DNA of 64,000 bases, taken from the NCBI GenBank assembly GCA_963575745.1, contig CAUYUJ010000115.1, positions 310,001 to 374,000 on the forward strand. Reading direction: 5' to 3'. The position numbers were made by a program, and so were the translations under genes. Shown here in pieces: positions 38,401 through 52,228 of this stretch. The notes under the pieces were generated by a model. The model searched no databases. It had not been told where the DNA came from and was given only the letters and a program-made list of their open reading frames with translations. Source of the stretch: Prorocentrum cordatum (Eukaryota). The number at the start of each line of letters is the position of its first letter. Within the stretch, counting starts at the first letter, position 1.

Positions 38401-38795
38401 ATTCCGCGCGAGTGATCCCGCCAACGGCGCGCGCTGGCGCTTTGCAAACCATGGGCGTCGCCGCCCGCGCTTGCCTGGAGCAGGTCAGCGGCTCTTCCCC
38501 CTTGGGCGACTCTTGGAAGCAGGCTCGGCTCAAACTCAAGCGATGCGCGCTCGGGCCCCGCTCCTCCGAAAATCACGCCGCGGGCGCTTACCTGGCATCG
38601 CGCGCCCGCAGCGCCGAACTCGGCCAGCAGCTTCGCGCTGCTTGTAGCGGCGCCGACGGCGGGGGCGGCGGCAGCTTGGCGGCGGCCGCGCAGACCTTCA
38701 ATGACCCAGCGCTGCCCGGACCGGATCGTGTTCGACCCTGCCCGGCACGGGGCCAAGCGGCTCCTCTCCGAGAAGGTGGGCGATGCCGTCCGTGA

Positions 38796-39527
38796 CTAGA
38801 CTACTCGTAGGAGTTGCCTCAGGCTGGCTAGGAGTGACCTTGGCGCGCGGTTTCAGGGGCGCCCGCGGGGGCCCAATGCAATCGCGCAAGCCAGCGTTGG
38901 CGCGCCGCATCAAAGATCTGCGGGGCGCCGCTCGAAAGATTTGTTGCGCCAGCGGGCGACCGCGGAATTGCGCCGATTGAGTTCGAGCACCCCGAATGGC
39001 ACTTCGAACGCGGTGCGAGAGCAGACGCCGCCGCGGGCACCCGCGATGCGGTTTGACACTGCTGGGTTGCATCGCGATGACGTCTGACCAGGCCCGGCCC
39101 CATGGCCCAAACTGGCCCCATCCTCGAGCCTGGAACACGTTGGCATATCTTCGGGAAACTTATAAGAATAAAGACCCCCATTGGTTCGAAAACAGATTCA
39201 AATATATTCAAAGATACCCACACATGTGCAAGCCAGACGTTTCGGCATTTGGGCTGGGAGTCGGGACTGGTCCTGGACCGGAAAACGCGCCGTCTGGTCG
39301 ACCAGCCCCCCTCGGGTAACCCATGCAAGCTGTCGGGTGCGACGCGCATGCTTTGCTGTCGATTGCAAGGGGCGGGCCCGAAACCGGCGCGCGCAGACGC
39401 GAGCGTAATCGCGCGACGCAGGTGCCGACGCGAGGTCAAGCTCATTCCACCAGAAAGATCACCCGACCCCCTTTGGGCCAACATTAAAGGTCACCCCGGC
39501 GAAAGATCACTCTTACGTGTAGTCGAG
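38796..39527. mobile_element. Non-autonomous TIR element (family A, long form) with TGA target-site duplication
   Basis: TIRs 'ctagactactcgtaggagt' / 'actcttacgtgtagtcgag'. TGA at 38793-38795 and 39528-39530. Removal gives the in-frame read LLSEKVGDAVRDELWQRTSLATRAHL. Confidence 0.88.
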
Positions 39528-41367
39528 TGACGAGCTCTGGCAGCGCACTTCGCTGGCCACGAGAGCCCATCTGAACCTGATCGCGGCCCCAAGCGCTGGC
39601 GCCTTCATGCAGGCGCACCAGTGCCTGGCAGTTGGCACAGACTTCCCGCACAGCCTGATGCAGGTGGCGCTGCAACGCCGCCTGCGACACCAGCTGCTCG
39701 ACGAGGAGGCCTTCTGCCCCGCGTGCGGAGAGGTGATGGACGTGTCCGCATTAGCCGACCACGCGCTCACCTGCAGCTGCCTCGGCGACCGCACGAAACG
39801 CCACAACTGCCTCCGCAACCAGGCTTGGCACGAAACGCTGGCCGCCGGCTTTGCTGGGCCGGAACTCGACCGCCCGGGCCTGCTGCCGCCGCGCGCGTCC
39901 GGCGAGGGCCCCCCGCCCGGAGAGGCAGGCGGCGGCGACCTGGACGGCAACGGGAGGCGACCCGCGGACGTCTTCGTTCCGCAGTGGCGCAACGGTGCGC
40001 CAGCGGCGTGGGACTTCGCCGTGACGTCCGGCTTCCGCGCGGACCTGCTCGCGACCTCGGCCGCGAAGGGCGGCGGCGACGCTGCGGAGACCAGATACGA
40101 GGAGCAGAAACGCCTGCACCTGGACAAGGCGCGCCGCTGCTCGGATGCCGGCCTGACATTCATGCCGATGGCGTGCGAGGCCCACGGCGGCGGCTGAGGC
40201 CGCGAGGCGCGACGCGCCTTCACAGTTCTGGCCAAGCGCGCGGCCGACGCCACCGGGGACGACGCCGCGCTCGCGGCTGACCAGCTTGCCCAGCGAATCT
40301 CCATCTCCCTTCACAGGGAGAATGCGCGGGCAGTGCTGTGTCGCCTACAGCCGCGAGCAGGGGCGTCGGTCGCGCGCCTGGCGGCGGCCACAGCAGCCTC
40401 CCTCCACGGCCGACGCCGCGTGAGCTGCAGGCCCAGCCCTAGGGCAGCCTCCCCTTTCACTCACCGCCCGCCCCCCCGCCTGCGCCATCAACCCCGCGGA
40501 CGCCCCCGCCAAACGCCCTCCCTGACCCCCAGCAGCCGTTGACCGCCGCCGCTGACGACACTGACAACGCCGACTCCGACGCCCCCCCGCCCGCGACCTC
40601 TCGCGACGACTCCCCGAAAGCTGCCAACGCCTAATGCCCCCTCCCGCCCCCCGCCCGCCCCCGCGTGTGCGCTTGCCTGCTGCTGCCTTTGCTTCCCCCC
40701 TATCCTCCTGCATGTTGGCGTCTGCTCGCCGTGTTTTCCTTTTCCCTCTCCTCGTCCTCCTCGTCGTCGTCCTCCTCCTCCTCCTCCTTCTCCTCCTCCT
40801 TTGGACCTGCCTAGCCGAGGGCGCTGGCTTGGCAGATGCTGGTTTAAATGTTTGTGCCGAGGCTCGAGGGGAGTTCCTCGGTCGTTGCCCGCCTTCGCTC
40901 TGTTCTGCACGGGCGCCGGCCGAGGAAGCTCGATTGGTGTCAGCCGTGGTTTATCGTAGGTTGGGAAGTCTCGGTGACCCGTGCCTTCGCGGCTCGGCTG
41001 GCCTTTCGGTTGGGGAGAGCACGGGTCCGTGCCCGATGTAGGCCCGCCGGGGCAGTCGCCCGCAGGCCGGCCAGGCGCACGGGCAGCACCACACGACGTC
41101 CGCTGCGGAAGGCTCCAGATCCGAGCGGTCTGTTTTAGGCCGGCTCAGTTTCGAGAGGACTCACGCGGTATACCCTGCGTAGGACATGCTTGCTGGCACT
41201 CTTTCCCACCACCTCCCCGGCACGCGGAGCGAGCCAGGAAGACGGCGCCCGAGGTGCCGCCTACAGGTGGCACGGAGGGGACTCCAGCGCCGACCCAAGA
41301 AATCCTCCTCCTCCTCCTCCTCCTCCTCCTCCTCCTCCTCCTCCTCCTCCTCCTCCTCCTCCTCCTC

Positions 41368-41400
<33 letters not shown>

Positions 41401-43029
41401 TCCCCCTCCCCCTCCCCCTCCTCCCTCTCCCGCTGACCTCCGAAAGTTCTGGTTACAGTCAAAATCAGCCTTCGCGTGCCCATGGGCAGCAGCAAAAGCC
41501 GAACCGAGGGGCGTGGAGGTCCGCGCGGATCTCTCGAGTCAGCGCTGGAACCCCCCAGGCGGCGCCTCCAGCGCCTCCCCTGGAACGCCATGGGAGGGGG
41601 CTCCTGCGCCGACCCAAGAATTACCAGCCTCGAGCGTATCCCTATCCCTAGGATTGACACGCCAAAAGGCGATGACAATCTTAGGGATTCGCCCTCAAAA
41701 AATAAAAGAATCCCTAATATTGGCATCGTGATGAGGAGGTGCCCAGCATAGGGAAAGGGGTATGTTCCAGGCTGGTAAAAGAACCCGTGCGGATCTCAGA
41801 AGCCCCAAACGACGGAATTGTTCCGCGTTGTCTTCCTGATGCGTCGGATGTCTGTCTTTCGGATGACTGCATCGGGTCTCCAGCGCCCGTTCGGGACGAT
41901 CCAGGCACCCCCAGGGTGCTCTCGGGGATGCACTGCTGCTGGAAAGCATCCCGATGCTTGTTTGTTCGGGAGGTAGCGGCCTCAACCATCTTGGCCTCGC
42001 GGATCCCTCCCGGCGGACCAGAAAGGACTATACAGCTTTGTCGGAGGCTGGGAAAGCGCCGAGAACCCACGAACAGACCCGAAAACATATTACTAATCAC
42101 GTCCGGTCGATGTGCGGTCGGCGGGGATGTCTTGGGTCGGCGCTGGACCCCCCTTCCCTTCAGCACGCCTCCAGAGCGCCAGGGGTGGCGCCGTGCAGAA
42201 GGCTGTTTTTCTTTATGGGGCAGGGGGCAGGCGGGAGAGGGGAGAAGGCGTTGCGAGGGCTGGAAAGAAAACGGGCCCTCACGCAAGTCGGGACTCGCTG
42301 GCACGCCTCTGCGGCCTAGCGCTCATCAAACAGGCGGCGGAGGGCAGGGGGAGAGGTGGGGAAACCAACAGGTATCGATCCGCTACTCCACGGACCTCTC
42401 CCGGGGGGCGTGCTGACCAGAATTTCGAAGCGAGCCCAGCGGTGGCGACGAGGGGGGCATCCCAGGAGGCCCCCTAAAAATGAACACGAAGGAAGGGGGT
42501 AGCGGTACCGGTACCTTTTCCTCCTCTTGGGGTGGAAGGGGGGGTCGAAATGCCATGCAAGTAAACCTGACCGAGTCTAAAGTACAACGCCCTCAGGCTG
42601 AACGGGCTCTCAGACCCCTCTGGACGATCGATGTCTCCCTAACGATGTCCCCTGGCCTTCGGGTCATAACTCGGCTCTCCGGCGGCCGTTCGGGACGATC
42701 TGGGCACAAGTGGAACGCCTTCGGCCAAGCACAACTGATGGAAAACATCCGGAGGCTCGAAACCGCCGGCAACCAACGAAAGCGTCCGAAAACCTATAAC
42801 CTCGAACCTGCCTCCCCTGACCCTGCGGTCAGGAACTTTTGGATAGCGCGCCGCGGCGGCGGCCCCAGAGACACGCTGTGCCTTGCAAGCTGATGGCGTG
42901 CGGCTGAGCTCCGCGGGGCGGGCGGCTCGGGAAGGCTCGACACACGTGCGCCTGGGAGTGGGAATGGCTGCCGTGCCGCGCTGGCGGCGGCGCGACACGC
43001 TGAACCAACAATCCCGACCTTCCGCCTCC

Positions 43030-43380
43030 CGAGGCGTCAGAGGAGGGGGAGGAGGAGGAGATGGGAAGAAAGAGGAGGAGGAGGCGGAGGAGGAAGAGGA
43101 GGAGGCCGAGGAGGAGCAGCAGTGGACTCAGGTGGAGGCCGAGGAGGAGGAGGACGAGGAGGAGGCGATGAGAAGGATGGGGACGAGGAGGAGGAGGAGG
43201 AAGAAGAGGAGGAGGAGAAGGAGGAGAAGGAGGAGGAGGAGGAGGGGTGTCAGGGGGAGGAGGAGGAGGAGGAGGAGGAGGAGGAGGAGGAGGAGGAGGA
43301 GGAGGGGGAGGAGGAAGAGGCAGAGGAAGAGAAGCAGGCGATCATGAAGCTGATGATGATGATGCTGATGATGATGACAA

Positions 43381-43445
<65 letters not shown>

Positions 43446-43530
43446 ACTGATGATGAGTATGATGAAATTGGCGATGATGATGCTTCTGATGATGAGGAGG
43501 AGGGCGATGATGATGATGATGATGATGATT

Positions 43531-43568
<38 letters not shown>

Positions 43569-43687
43569 ACTGATGATGCTGATGATGATGATGAAAATGA
43601 TGATGATGATGATGCTGATGATGAAACTGATGATGATGATGATGATGATGATGATGCTGATGATGATGATGATGAGGATGATGGTGT

Positions 43688-43740
<53 letters not shown>

Positions 43741-43816
43741 CTGATGCTGATGCGGATGCTGATGATGCTGATGCTGATGCTGATGCTGATGCTGATGATG
43801 AGGAGAAGGAGGAGGA

Positions 43817-43847
<31 letters not shown>

Positions 43848-44345
43848 GGAGGAGGAGGAGCAGGAGAAGGAGATTGACAACCAAAGGGGTCGTTTTCCCT
43901 CAGGCCTCGCCGCGCCCGCCTCCACCCCGACGGCCACCTCGCTCAGCGCAGCACTGCCGCGGCGCCTCGCCGGACGGCACCTCGCAAGCCGGCGCCGCGC
44001 CGTGCGGTGGCGCCAGAGCGCTGGAGGAGCTGGCCCGCGTCGAGAGGCTGGCCCTGGTGCTGCTGAGCCTGCCCTCTTCGGCCTCCTCCTTCTCCTCCTC
44101 CTCCTCCTCCTCCTCCTCCTCGGCCTCCTCCTACTCCCCAACTTCCTCCTCCTCCTCCTCCTCCTCCTCTTCGGCCTCCTCCTCATCTTCGGCTTCCTCC
44201 TCCTCGATCTCCTCCTCCTCTTCGGCCTTCTCCTCATCTTCGGCCTCCTCCTCGCCGATCCCCTCGTCCTCTTCCTCCTCCTCCTCCTCCTCCTCCTCCT
44301 CCTCATCCTCCTCATCCTCCTCTCATATCTCCTCTTGATCACCAC
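43030..44345. repeat. Compound microsatellite: (GAG)n, (GAT)n, (GAG)n, then (CTC)n
   Basis: Direct reading; source of the poly-D, poly-M, poly-H and poly-I pseudo-ORFs. Confidence 0.95.
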
Positions 44346-44519
44346 CTCATCTTCCTATCCCTGTGCTGCTCGTCGCCCCTGAGAAGGTGGCTTCGGCGGC
44401 TGGAGGGGAATGCGTTTCGGCTGTCGAGCCTCACGTGGCTTGCGATGTGGATTCCCCTGGGGCGGGGTCGGTGCCTTCCAGTCCACCGTCCAAGTCTGCA
44501 TCTGTCGTGGAGAGGACAC

Positions 44520-47500
44520 AGTTTTCCTTGTACTTGCGTAGCTGGGGAAGATGGGGCCCAGCGGCCAGATCGTTAGCCACAGAGCGGGTGGCGGACATCC
44601 TTGTGATTCCAGAGACGCACGTCGAGGAAACGGGTTGAAGTATGATTCTTCGCGATGGGAGGAAGGCGAGCTACACGGGCGTGGTTTCTTCTCCTCATGA
44701 GACAAGAACCAAAGCCAAGGCAGGCGGTATTACCGTGGGTGCCGTGGAGAACTGAATTTTAAAATCGTTGCGCCAATGTGCCTCGGATCCGTACCACAAA
44801 GTGGACCTTGGGCATCTCGGAGGTGGTGCCTCGCAGCCAAGGAACAACTTTCGTGACACGGTAGGCCTCCAGCTTCAGGCCATGAAGCAGTCCTTGCTCA
44901 TTGCGCATGTGTGCATGACGTCTTCTGTTGGGCCAAACGCCACCGCACCCAAACTTGTCAATGTCGATACGATGGTCTCCACGGTCCAGGAGCCGTGGGT
45001 TGCCATCGGCGACTGGAACATGACCTCCTAGGAGTTGACGTCTCCAAGATGGTTTTCCTTGGTGGGGCGACGGCTGTCGTGCCGTCGAACACAGAGTATA
45101 CGTGCACTCTTGGTAGTGGTCGCATGCCCGAAGGGCGTCCTTGTATTGCTAATTTGGTGGTTGATTTCCGCGCGGTCGAGGAAGCAGGCCAAAAACAGTG
45201 CGCTTCCAAACTGAACTTGGATTTCGATGCGTGTCTGTCGCGGACATGGTTGATGAGGGCACATCGTGCTCCCCCTCGCCCCCTTGTGCCCGCGCGCCAG
45301 CCTGACCCTTCCAGCAAGCGGTCCAAAGCTCGCGTCGCGGCAGGAGCGGAAGAACGAGGCTGCTTCTACGGGAGCGCCTCCTACGCCTTTTCATGGGGTC
45401 TGCCGCGGAGGCTTGCCATCAGGAGCCCGCCTCCCCTGTAGCGTGCCATGTTGAGAGATGCTATGGGCGATTTCGCCGCGGACAATGAAGACGCGCGCGT
45501 GCCAGCTGACGACGATGACGCGCAGGTGGCAGTCGCGGATTTGGATGTGGACACGTTTGCATCGATCCAGAGGGAGTGAGCTGAGGGGGGCAAGGGCTTG
45601 CTGTGGCAGCAGGTGGCGGCACGGAGTCCTTCCTTGGAAGATCCTGAGTTTGCGAGAGAGCCTCTCGCCTTTCGCTCGGCATGTTGCGAGGCTGAGCATC
45701 TTGGCCACCGCTTCGCGTCCTGGGCTGACGCCGTGGAGTTGCATTACCTCGAGTCGCATCAGGTGTCTCCGATGGAAAGGAAGCAGCAGTGCAAGGGGCG
45801 GTCGTCGATGAAAGGGCCTCAGCTTGGCGAATATCAGGGGCCCAGGCCGCGCGTTGCTTCTACGGCCCCCAGCTTTCCATAGTGGGCTACGACTGCCGAA
45901 CTATTGGAGGGGCTCTCCCACTGGAAAGCCGTCAGAGCTGGCGCTATTCCCAATGCTCAGATCGCCCCTGTGCCTGCCCGCAGACATGATCGATGGGTTC
46001 GAGGGATGAGGTCGCTGGCTGATGGCACCCACGGGTCCGCGGAGGCGTTCGCTGCCGCGGCCCGGAGGGCCGCGAACAAATCTTTTCGGACCCTGGCTCG
46101 ATAGCGGCAGCGTGCTTCCCGAGGCTCAGCGAGCGGCGGCTGGGCGCGGGGCGTCGCGCAAGTATGTCCAGGATAGCTCGGTTCAGGTCAGAGAGATGAG
46201 GGCTGACGGCGTGACTTCGCGCGGCGCAGCTTCGGCGATGGAGCTCGCGACTCAAGCCTTGAGTGAGCTGCGGGGCCCCGAGGGAATCGGCGGCAACGGG
46301 GTGATGGCCGCCCTGTCGGGGGCGCGGGAGCTGGCGCTGCGCGACCGTATGGGGCCATTGGCCTTGGATCAGCTCGAGGCGGGGCTGCGATCGACGGCGC
46401 CAGGAGGCGCCGAGGGCATCGTGGGAGTCGGACTGCGTGGCGCGCGGTGGCTTCCTGAGTCTGGTCGCCGCAGGCGTCTGGGCGTGTTTCGCGAGGATGA
46501 AGCCAAGGTAGCTCGGCCTTGGCAGTGGTCCACATCTCCAATTTTGAGCACAGAAAATCCACAGAGAAAATATCCGCCCCGACGCGCGAAGCCGTGAAAC
46601 GCATCCAAAGATGGAGAGTGAACGCCAATTGTCTGGTCTGGGCGGTCTTCCCCCCCTTGACACTTGTCTTTTTGCGCGCGCCCGACGCGCGTGAGGATCG
46701 CGCCAATGGCCTGCTCGCCTGGCTCGCCTGGCTCGGTCGCCCGCGGGGTCGCGCGAGTTCCCGCCCCGCAGAAGTCTGGGCCGCCAAGCGCGTCAGGGCA
46801 GCGGGGCGCGCGGCGGCTCGAGGCCACAGTGCCCTGCAGGAGGCTCTGCTACGGCGCCGTGCAGACGAGGCCGCGCTGGCCTCCGTCATGCGCGACTGTT
46901 GCTCCGCGTCCGTCTCGCGGGACGCGGTGCGCCATGGGCCGTGGCACCCAGCTGCCCTCGTGACTCACGCTGTCTGCCCGCGTGGGTGCCAGTGGCTCTT
47001 GGCTCCTCGTGGCCGTGCACGCGGACGTCGTTCGCCTCCCGGCTTGCGCGCCCGGGCCCCCTCTCCCCCGCCCTCTCTGCGCCGGCGGCGCCCCAGTTCC
47101 TCGAGCAGCGCGTGCAGAGAGGTGCTGCATGGGCCTCTCATGGCGCCATCAGATGGGGGCCTAGAGGGCCGCGCGCGAATCCCACCCCTGCCTCCAATGA
47201 TTTCTGAGGAGGGGGGCGGGGTTCACTTCGCGCGGGAGCTCCCGAGCGAAGTGGGTCCCAGGCTCCCCATCAGAAATCGCAGCGGCCAGGGGTCGGATTC
47301 GCACGTGGCCCCCCAGGCAGGCTTTGGCTCGCGCCATTGATCTTGATTTTCCATCGGGCCCCTTGGCTCTTGAAGGGCTTCTCCGCGCGGGGCCGAGGGT
47401 GCTCGGGGATCATGAAGGGCGTCGCGCCCGCGCCCCCCCCCCCCCCCCCCCCTCATCATTCCTCATGGGGGCCTCGCGGCTGGCGGTCGGAGGGGCCCAG

Positions 47501-47750
47501 ACTTCTCGAAGCGCCAAAAATTTTCGCAATGGCGAGAGGGCGCGCGCCCGCAGCTCGCCGGCCCCCCTCCGCGCGCGGATCGATGATGTCACCCGGCGCG
47601 CGGAGGGGTCGAGAAGAAACGTCGTTCGCGAAATAGTTTCGGCCAGCAACCGGCAGCGTCTGCGCCAGCGGCAGCGCTGGGGAGAAGCTCAACATTGCTA
47701 GCAAGTTCACGACAATCGCTTCAGATTTGCCAGTGGCCCGTCACATCCAG
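44520..47750 (+). mobile_element. Heavily decayed LINE remnant (APE endonuclease, partial RT, possibly RNase H)
   Basis: LRSWG...ADILVIPETH (44530-44620); PWVAIGDWNMT*EL...TCTLGSGR (44990-45125); KYVQDS resembling the RT YxDD motif (~46160). The 3' boundary is uncertain. Confidence 0.6.
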
Positions 47751-49724
47751 ACGGGCTCGGGCTGGCAGGGGGCCCAAGTCGATTTGCCCCCGTGTCCGCG
47801 GGCCCCGGGAGTGGGCGAAGCAGCGGGGTCGCCCAGGCCAGGCCTCGCCATTCCAAGCGCCTCAGATAGTTTCAGCGTCGGGCTTGTCGAATTCGGAAAC
47901 TGTCTGGGGCGGCGCCTCCGAAGACCGGCGCGCGCCCTATCCTCGCTGGGGCATCGCCGCGGGCTCTTCATGCCTGGGAGGCTTTGGGGGTCGCGCCGTG
48001 GGCCCTCCAGCAATGGCGTCGGGCGTTGGCCGGCACTGCGGCTCGAGGCAAGATGGGGGGGGGGGGGGGGGGCGCCTCGCTGCCGCCGCCGTCTACGGAC
48101 GCCTTGCCACTTCGGACTTCCGCGAGTTCTCGGAAGCCTTGGTGAGACGAGGAGCCAGCGCGGTTGCCGAGACACCGTCCTTTGGGCTGCGAGGTCTCAC
48201 GCCGAGCTCCTGGGCCCGCGCACCCGCCGGCGGTAGCGCGTTTTCCAAGGGGGTGCAAGAGGCCCGGGAGTGTGTCCTCCGGCTTGGCAAATCTTGAGCA
48301 TGACGTTTCGTCCGTGCCCAGTATTTAGGAGACTGGGATCGTCTTTTGTTTCGGAGGCGGTATTGCTGGCAAGCAGTTCATCAATGGTGGGGATTTGCGG
48401 GCAATCCTTGCTGTTTCGGGAGTTTACTTGCAGGGTGCTGCTGTGGTCTTCGCGACGGATTCGGGCAATGTGGCCTGCGGTTTTGGTCGTGTCCAGGCGG
48501 GGCCACAGGGCCCGCGGCCCCACCTTAACTTATGGGCCAATACCAAAGATGCCTTGAGAGCCACATGTATTGCCCTTCTTTAGATCCCTAGTCGTCTGGA
48601 ATTGCAGGACGTTTTGCCCGGGGGGCTGAGCCCGAGCGCGGTGCCCTGTTGCCAAGTGGCGGGGCACTTCGCTACTTTGGTTCAGGTTCCACACCCTGCG
48701 TCTGCGCCGATCAAGTTTGCAGGTGCCCTCGCTAGGAAGGCGCAGAACAATCTCGCGCATGTTGTGGCGAACGTCATGGAGAAGGATGGCCGCAGGCAGC
48801 CTCGGCATCCGCGCGTGAGTTTCAAGCAGACGGCGGCCAAGAAACTACGTCATGCTGCGGCGTCCTGCGAAAATCGTTGCCCTCGGATTTGCGGCGACTT
48901 CGGTCTGCGCGTTAATCGGGCGTTGGCAGAACTGGGTTTAAAGGGGCCTGGTTTACTGATGTGTACCAGGGGATGCCCCCCCGCCCCATTTCGCAAACCG
49001 GAGCTGCCGTCACCCGAAAAAACACCAGCTACGGCAGACCTGGTTCAGTGATCCTGGCCAATTCAGGGGCCTCGGGGCCCTACGACTAACCAGGTCCCCT
49101 TACCTGGGGTCCTGGCTACACCCGAATGAAATGCGGGTGCCGTGCCAATTCTAGAGGTCTCGGACTGCTTGGGTGCCCGTTGCCGGCCCATGTCCTGGGC
49201 GGGCGCTGTTTTTTTGTTCGGCCCTTGGGCGCCGTCTGCGCGCCTTCGCGCGAGGTGCACCCTTCGCAACGACTTGCTTGCAGGCCCGAACAAGATTTTT
49301 TGTGGCACCTGGTCTGCGGGAGTTGCAGCGCGAGCCGGCGTCGAGAGCTGGCCCCCCCGCGCAGTCGCACGGCTGCAAGTCGAGCCAACAAGAATCATTC
49401 GAGGATTTCTCGCGGCTTGCTCACAGGCAGCTGCGTCCGGGGTCTCGAGGGGCAGGAAAAGAGGGAAGTGGGGGGTAGCAAGGGGCGGGGCCCGAGCGCC
49501 GCGGCCGTGCAGCGCCGCGCCGCCCGCCTTCGACGCCGAGATCGGCGCCATCGGACGCCACTCCTCCTCCGCCCGCCCCCCTCCGCCCTGCCCAGTCGCG
49601 CGGCCGCTGCCGCTCCACGGGTGGCGCAGGTGGTCGGGTGTGCGCTACCATGGGGCAGGTGCTGTGGTCGCTGTGCTGGTCATCGTGGCCGCTCAATCAA
49701 ACAATACATACATAAATGAATCAA

Positions 49725-49760
49725 TAATTATATATATATCTATATATATATATATATACA

Positions 49761-49799
<39 letters not shown>

Positions 49800-49812
49800 A
49801 TATATATATATG
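49725..49812. repeat. (TA)n microsatellite
   Basis: Direct reading of the sequence. Confidence 0.95.
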
Positions 49813-50519
49813 TACTCACATGTATGTGGGCGCTGGCGTATCCCCCTCCTGCTAAAATCGGTGTGGGTTTCCCTTCTAGCAAATTGACTACGTTCGCGGC
49901 GTTTGCGTGGCGCGGGGCTGCTCGCCCCGACGCGGCATCGGTCTCCCTCACTTTCTCGCGAGCGGCACCTCCAGGAGGTAGCGCGCGCGGTTAGCATCCG
50001 TTAGCGTCGCGCATTCATGTAGAAAACGCGCGACTCATGATCGACCGTGGCGTCGCGAACGGTTTTCCGAGAAAGCATGCTCTCGCGAGCAGCAACGTAA
50101 GAAAGGTAGTGTGCACGATAAGCAGCACATTGGGCAGAGCAGACACAAGACCGTGAAACCCATTGACGACCTGCTACAACACAACTACAGTACAACAGTA
50201 CGTTGTTGCTACTACAATGCTTCAGCCCTAGAAGTGCAAGTGGCAAGCGCGCCAGGTCGCTTGCGCAGACGGGAGGGGGAAGGAGGAGGCGGTGAAGGAA
50301 GAGGACGGGGAAGGGATACAGGGCGCGAGAAATCGGAGAAGGAGGGCCCAACGAGGGCCGCAACAGAAGCTTGACAAGGGGGCTCGAGGAGGCTCCAAGG
50401 GCCCTCCCACACGAGATGGCCTCCAAGACGTCTAACAGTGCTCCCATCAGGAAGGTTCCAGCAAACACACAAAAAATGTACAGGGGATCCGAAGAAGTTC
50501 CCGGGGACCCGAAACGGGA

Positions 50520-51242
50520 GCGGAGGGGGCACGAGGCGAGCGGGGTTTCCACTGGGCCGCTGGAGAATAGGGCGGGGTGGGGGGCGGGGAGGGGCGCGCC
50601 GTGCGACGCTGAGCGAAAGGGTCGGGGCGAAGGGGGGCACTGGGCGGAGGTTCCACTTTCGGCGGCTCCGAAGGGTGTGGTTTACAAAGGGTGCGGTTTG
50701 CAATCGGCACCCTGGGGGGCACCGTGGGGGGCGGGTGGGGACCTCGACAGAACTCTCCGCCGCACCCCGCGAAGAGGCCCGACGAGGACAGCGTCGTGCC
50801 CCCCAGGCCCCAACGGCGACGATCGCAAACCACACCCCGGCGTAACCACACCCTTTGCAGTCGCCGGCACTTGGCCGTTTGGGAACGCCGGGGGGTGAAG
50901 GTATGGGGGGCGGGGAGGAGGGGCGCAATGCGACGCATAATAAAATTGTCGGGGCGGAGGGGGCACAAGGCGGGCGTTCCGTTGGGCCGCTGGGGAACGT
51001 TGGGGAAGGGTGGGCGTTTGGCGGAGGTTCCACTGGGCCGCCGGGGAACGCTGGGGAGGGGGCGGGGGCTGTGCGATGCGGGATAAAATTGTCGGGGCGG
51101 AGGGGGCACTGGGCGGAGGTTCCACTTGGCCGCTGAGGAGGGGTAGGAGAGGGGCGGGGAGGGGTGGCGCGGTGCGACGCGGAATAAAATGGTCGGGGCC
51201 ACAGGGGGTACTGGGCGAGGCATCGCTGGTCCGCTGGGGAAC
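50520..51242. repeat. Degenerate G-rich tandem repeat
   Basis: Recurrent 'gcggaggttccactgggccgctgggga', 'gtgcgacgc' and 'taaaattgtcggggcggagggggcac'. Confidence 0.7.
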
Positions 51243-51349
51243 GCGCAAGAGAGCACTTAATTAATATTGAACTCAAGTCGGGAATCGACGACAACTTCAG
51301 TGATCAAGTACTACTACTAGTACTGCATCGCTGCTGCAGTACGGCTACA

Positions 51350-51368
51350 GATAGTAGTAGTAGTAGTC

Positions 51369-51416
<48 letters not shown>

Positions 51417-51473
51417 CTAGTAGTACTAGTAGTAGTAGTAGTGGTAATAGTAGTAGTAGTAATAATAGGAATC

Positions 51474-51520
<47 letters not shown>

Positions 51521-51530
51521 TGTCGTAGTC

Positions 51531-51605
<75 letters not shown>

Positions 51606-51612
51606 ATAGTAA

Positions 51613-51646
<34 letters not shown>

Positions 51647-51769
51647 CGTCTTAGTAGTAGTAGTCGTAGTAGTGGTAGTAGTCGCCGTAGTAAGAGTAGT
51701 AGTAGTAGTAGTAGTAGTGGTAGTAGTAGTAGTAGTAGTAGTACTAAATAGTACGAGTAGTAGTAGGTG

Positions 51770-51800
<31 letters not shown>

Positions 51801-52072
51801 TAGTAGTAGTAGTAGTAGTAATAGTAGTAGCAGTAGTAGTACTACTAATACTACTAATATTACTACTAGTACTACTACTCTTACTACTACGACTAGTACT
51901 ACTACTACTACTACTACTACGACTACTACTACTACTACTACTAAGAATAATAATACGACTGCTACTACTACTACTACCACTACTACGACTATTACTACGA
52001 CGACGACGACTACTGCTACTACTTTTACTTTTACTTTTACTTTCACTTTTACTTGTACTACTACTACTACTA

Positions 52073-52149
<77 letters not shown>

Positions 52150-52192
52150 ACGACTGCGACTACGACTACGACTACTACTACTACTACTACTG

Positions 52193-52228
<36 letters not shown>

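Larger units (their letters stand above)
33481..40350 (+). mobile_element. Decayed CRE-like non-LTR retrotransposon (N-terminal zinc fingers, RT, CCHC-like knuckle, restriction-like endonuclease), interrupted by two insertions
   Basis: CPVPGC...RQHLNE (33481-33570) and QCSGC (~36640). RT region AAGPTGLRP, PKNDGGLRGVAVGETLRRL, LAPLQL, KLDLSSAVN, QQGGPLGP, FHLDDG, LLGAPVG. C-terminal CPACG...DHALTC...RHN, RRPADV...WDFAV, EAHG, QRISISLHRENARAV. Confidence 0.88.

Noticed and set aside
36546..38795. Intact 749-aa reverse transcriptase, retron or group II intron
   Set aside because: The RT motifs are split across frames, and the downstream endonuclease layout indicates a decayed eukaryotic non-LTR element.
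40350..40700. Spliced-leader RNA gene as target of the CRE-like element
   Set aside because: No leader-like sequence is seen at either flank.
43122..44382. Poly-Asp, poly-Met, poly-His and poly-Ile proteins
   Set aside because: These are translations of (GAT)n and (GAG)n microsatellites.
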